NCBI GenBank assembly: GCA_963996865.1
Contig: CAXEHY010000092.1
Coordinates: forward strand, 1 to 37,744
Origin: an uncultured Flavobacteriales bacterium
Lineage (GTDB): Bacteria > Bacteroidota > Bacteroidia > Flavobacteriales > SAT41
Length of the DNA stretch: 37,744 bases
Direction: 5' to 3'
Position numbers and translations under genes: made by a program. Within the stretch, counting starts at the first letter, position 1; the number at the start of each line of letters is the position of its first letter. Shown piece after piece: positions 37,631 through 37,744 of the stretch. The notes beneath the pieces are model-generated. The model searched no databases. It saw only the letters and a list, made by a program, of their open reading frames with translations, and was not told the origin of the DNA.

Positions 37631-37744
37631 GAATTAAATTATAATCAATGTTTTTATTGTCTATACTATCTGTTATTATTTTTTTTTGAAAAATATTTTT
37701 TATCTCTTTTTTGCTTTTCTTTGATGAGTTACTTAATTGATCTT
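37611..37744 (-). CDS. C-terminal fragment of an upstream protein (5' end outside window), product uncertain
   Basis: Not in the ORF track. The only minus-strand frame open from the window edge reads DQLSNSSKKSKKEIKNIFQKKIITDSIDNKNIDYNLILEWNEE*, and its end overlaps the kinase start. It loosely recalls AsmA-like C-termini. Confidence 0.6.
   Translation of the reverse strand, partial: DQLSNSSKKSKKEIKNIFQKKIITDSIDNKNIDYNLILEWNEE

Noticed and set aside
1-37744. Alternative genetic code or endosymbiont-type decay suggested by the extreme AT content
   Set aside because: Genes are full length in code 11, Trp is TGG, TGA serves as a stop (e.g. 3620-3622), no frameshifted genes were seen, and T9SS cargo and a sensor kinase are retained
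1-37744. tRNA, rRNA, riboswitch, IS, prophage or defence genes
   Set aside because: The largest intergenic gap is 72 nt and AT-rich without a cloverleaf or stable hairpin; no ORF shows transposase, integrase, nuclease or phage motifs

Overview
A very AT-rich, extremely compact stretch of a Bacteroidota (probably Flavobacteriales-like, plausibly free-living marine) chromosome in the standard genetic code. It holds about 33 nearly abutting CDSs, mostly core genes: nrdB (partial)-nrdA, gcdH, hemD-like, rnpA, S41 protease, alr, tdk, rsmI, DAHP synthase, dnaG, polyprenyl synthase, ispD, queA, truB, uppP, ftsX, leuS, kynA, an M23 peptidase, ispG, hemW, msrB and a histidine kinase. It also carries a T9SS type-B cargo/PorP-SprF/OmpA triad and a T9SS type-A PNGase F-like enzyme. 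I saw no tRNA/rRNA, CRISPR array, mobile element or defence island, and cannot claim a clearly new system. The best leads are: a cytochrome-c lipoprotein-DUF4271-HemD-like module; a DAHP synthase with KART instead of KPRT and no chorismate mutase domain; a secreted PNGase-like protein with an insertion rich in O-glycosylation motifs, with an orphan O-antigen-ligase-family gene elsewhere in the window; a cationic Trp-rich WxxGHW-repeat secreted peptide; and possibly bidirectional TAAATTTA/G promoter elements in tiny divergent gaps. All family assignments come from motif recognition by eye, not from database searches.
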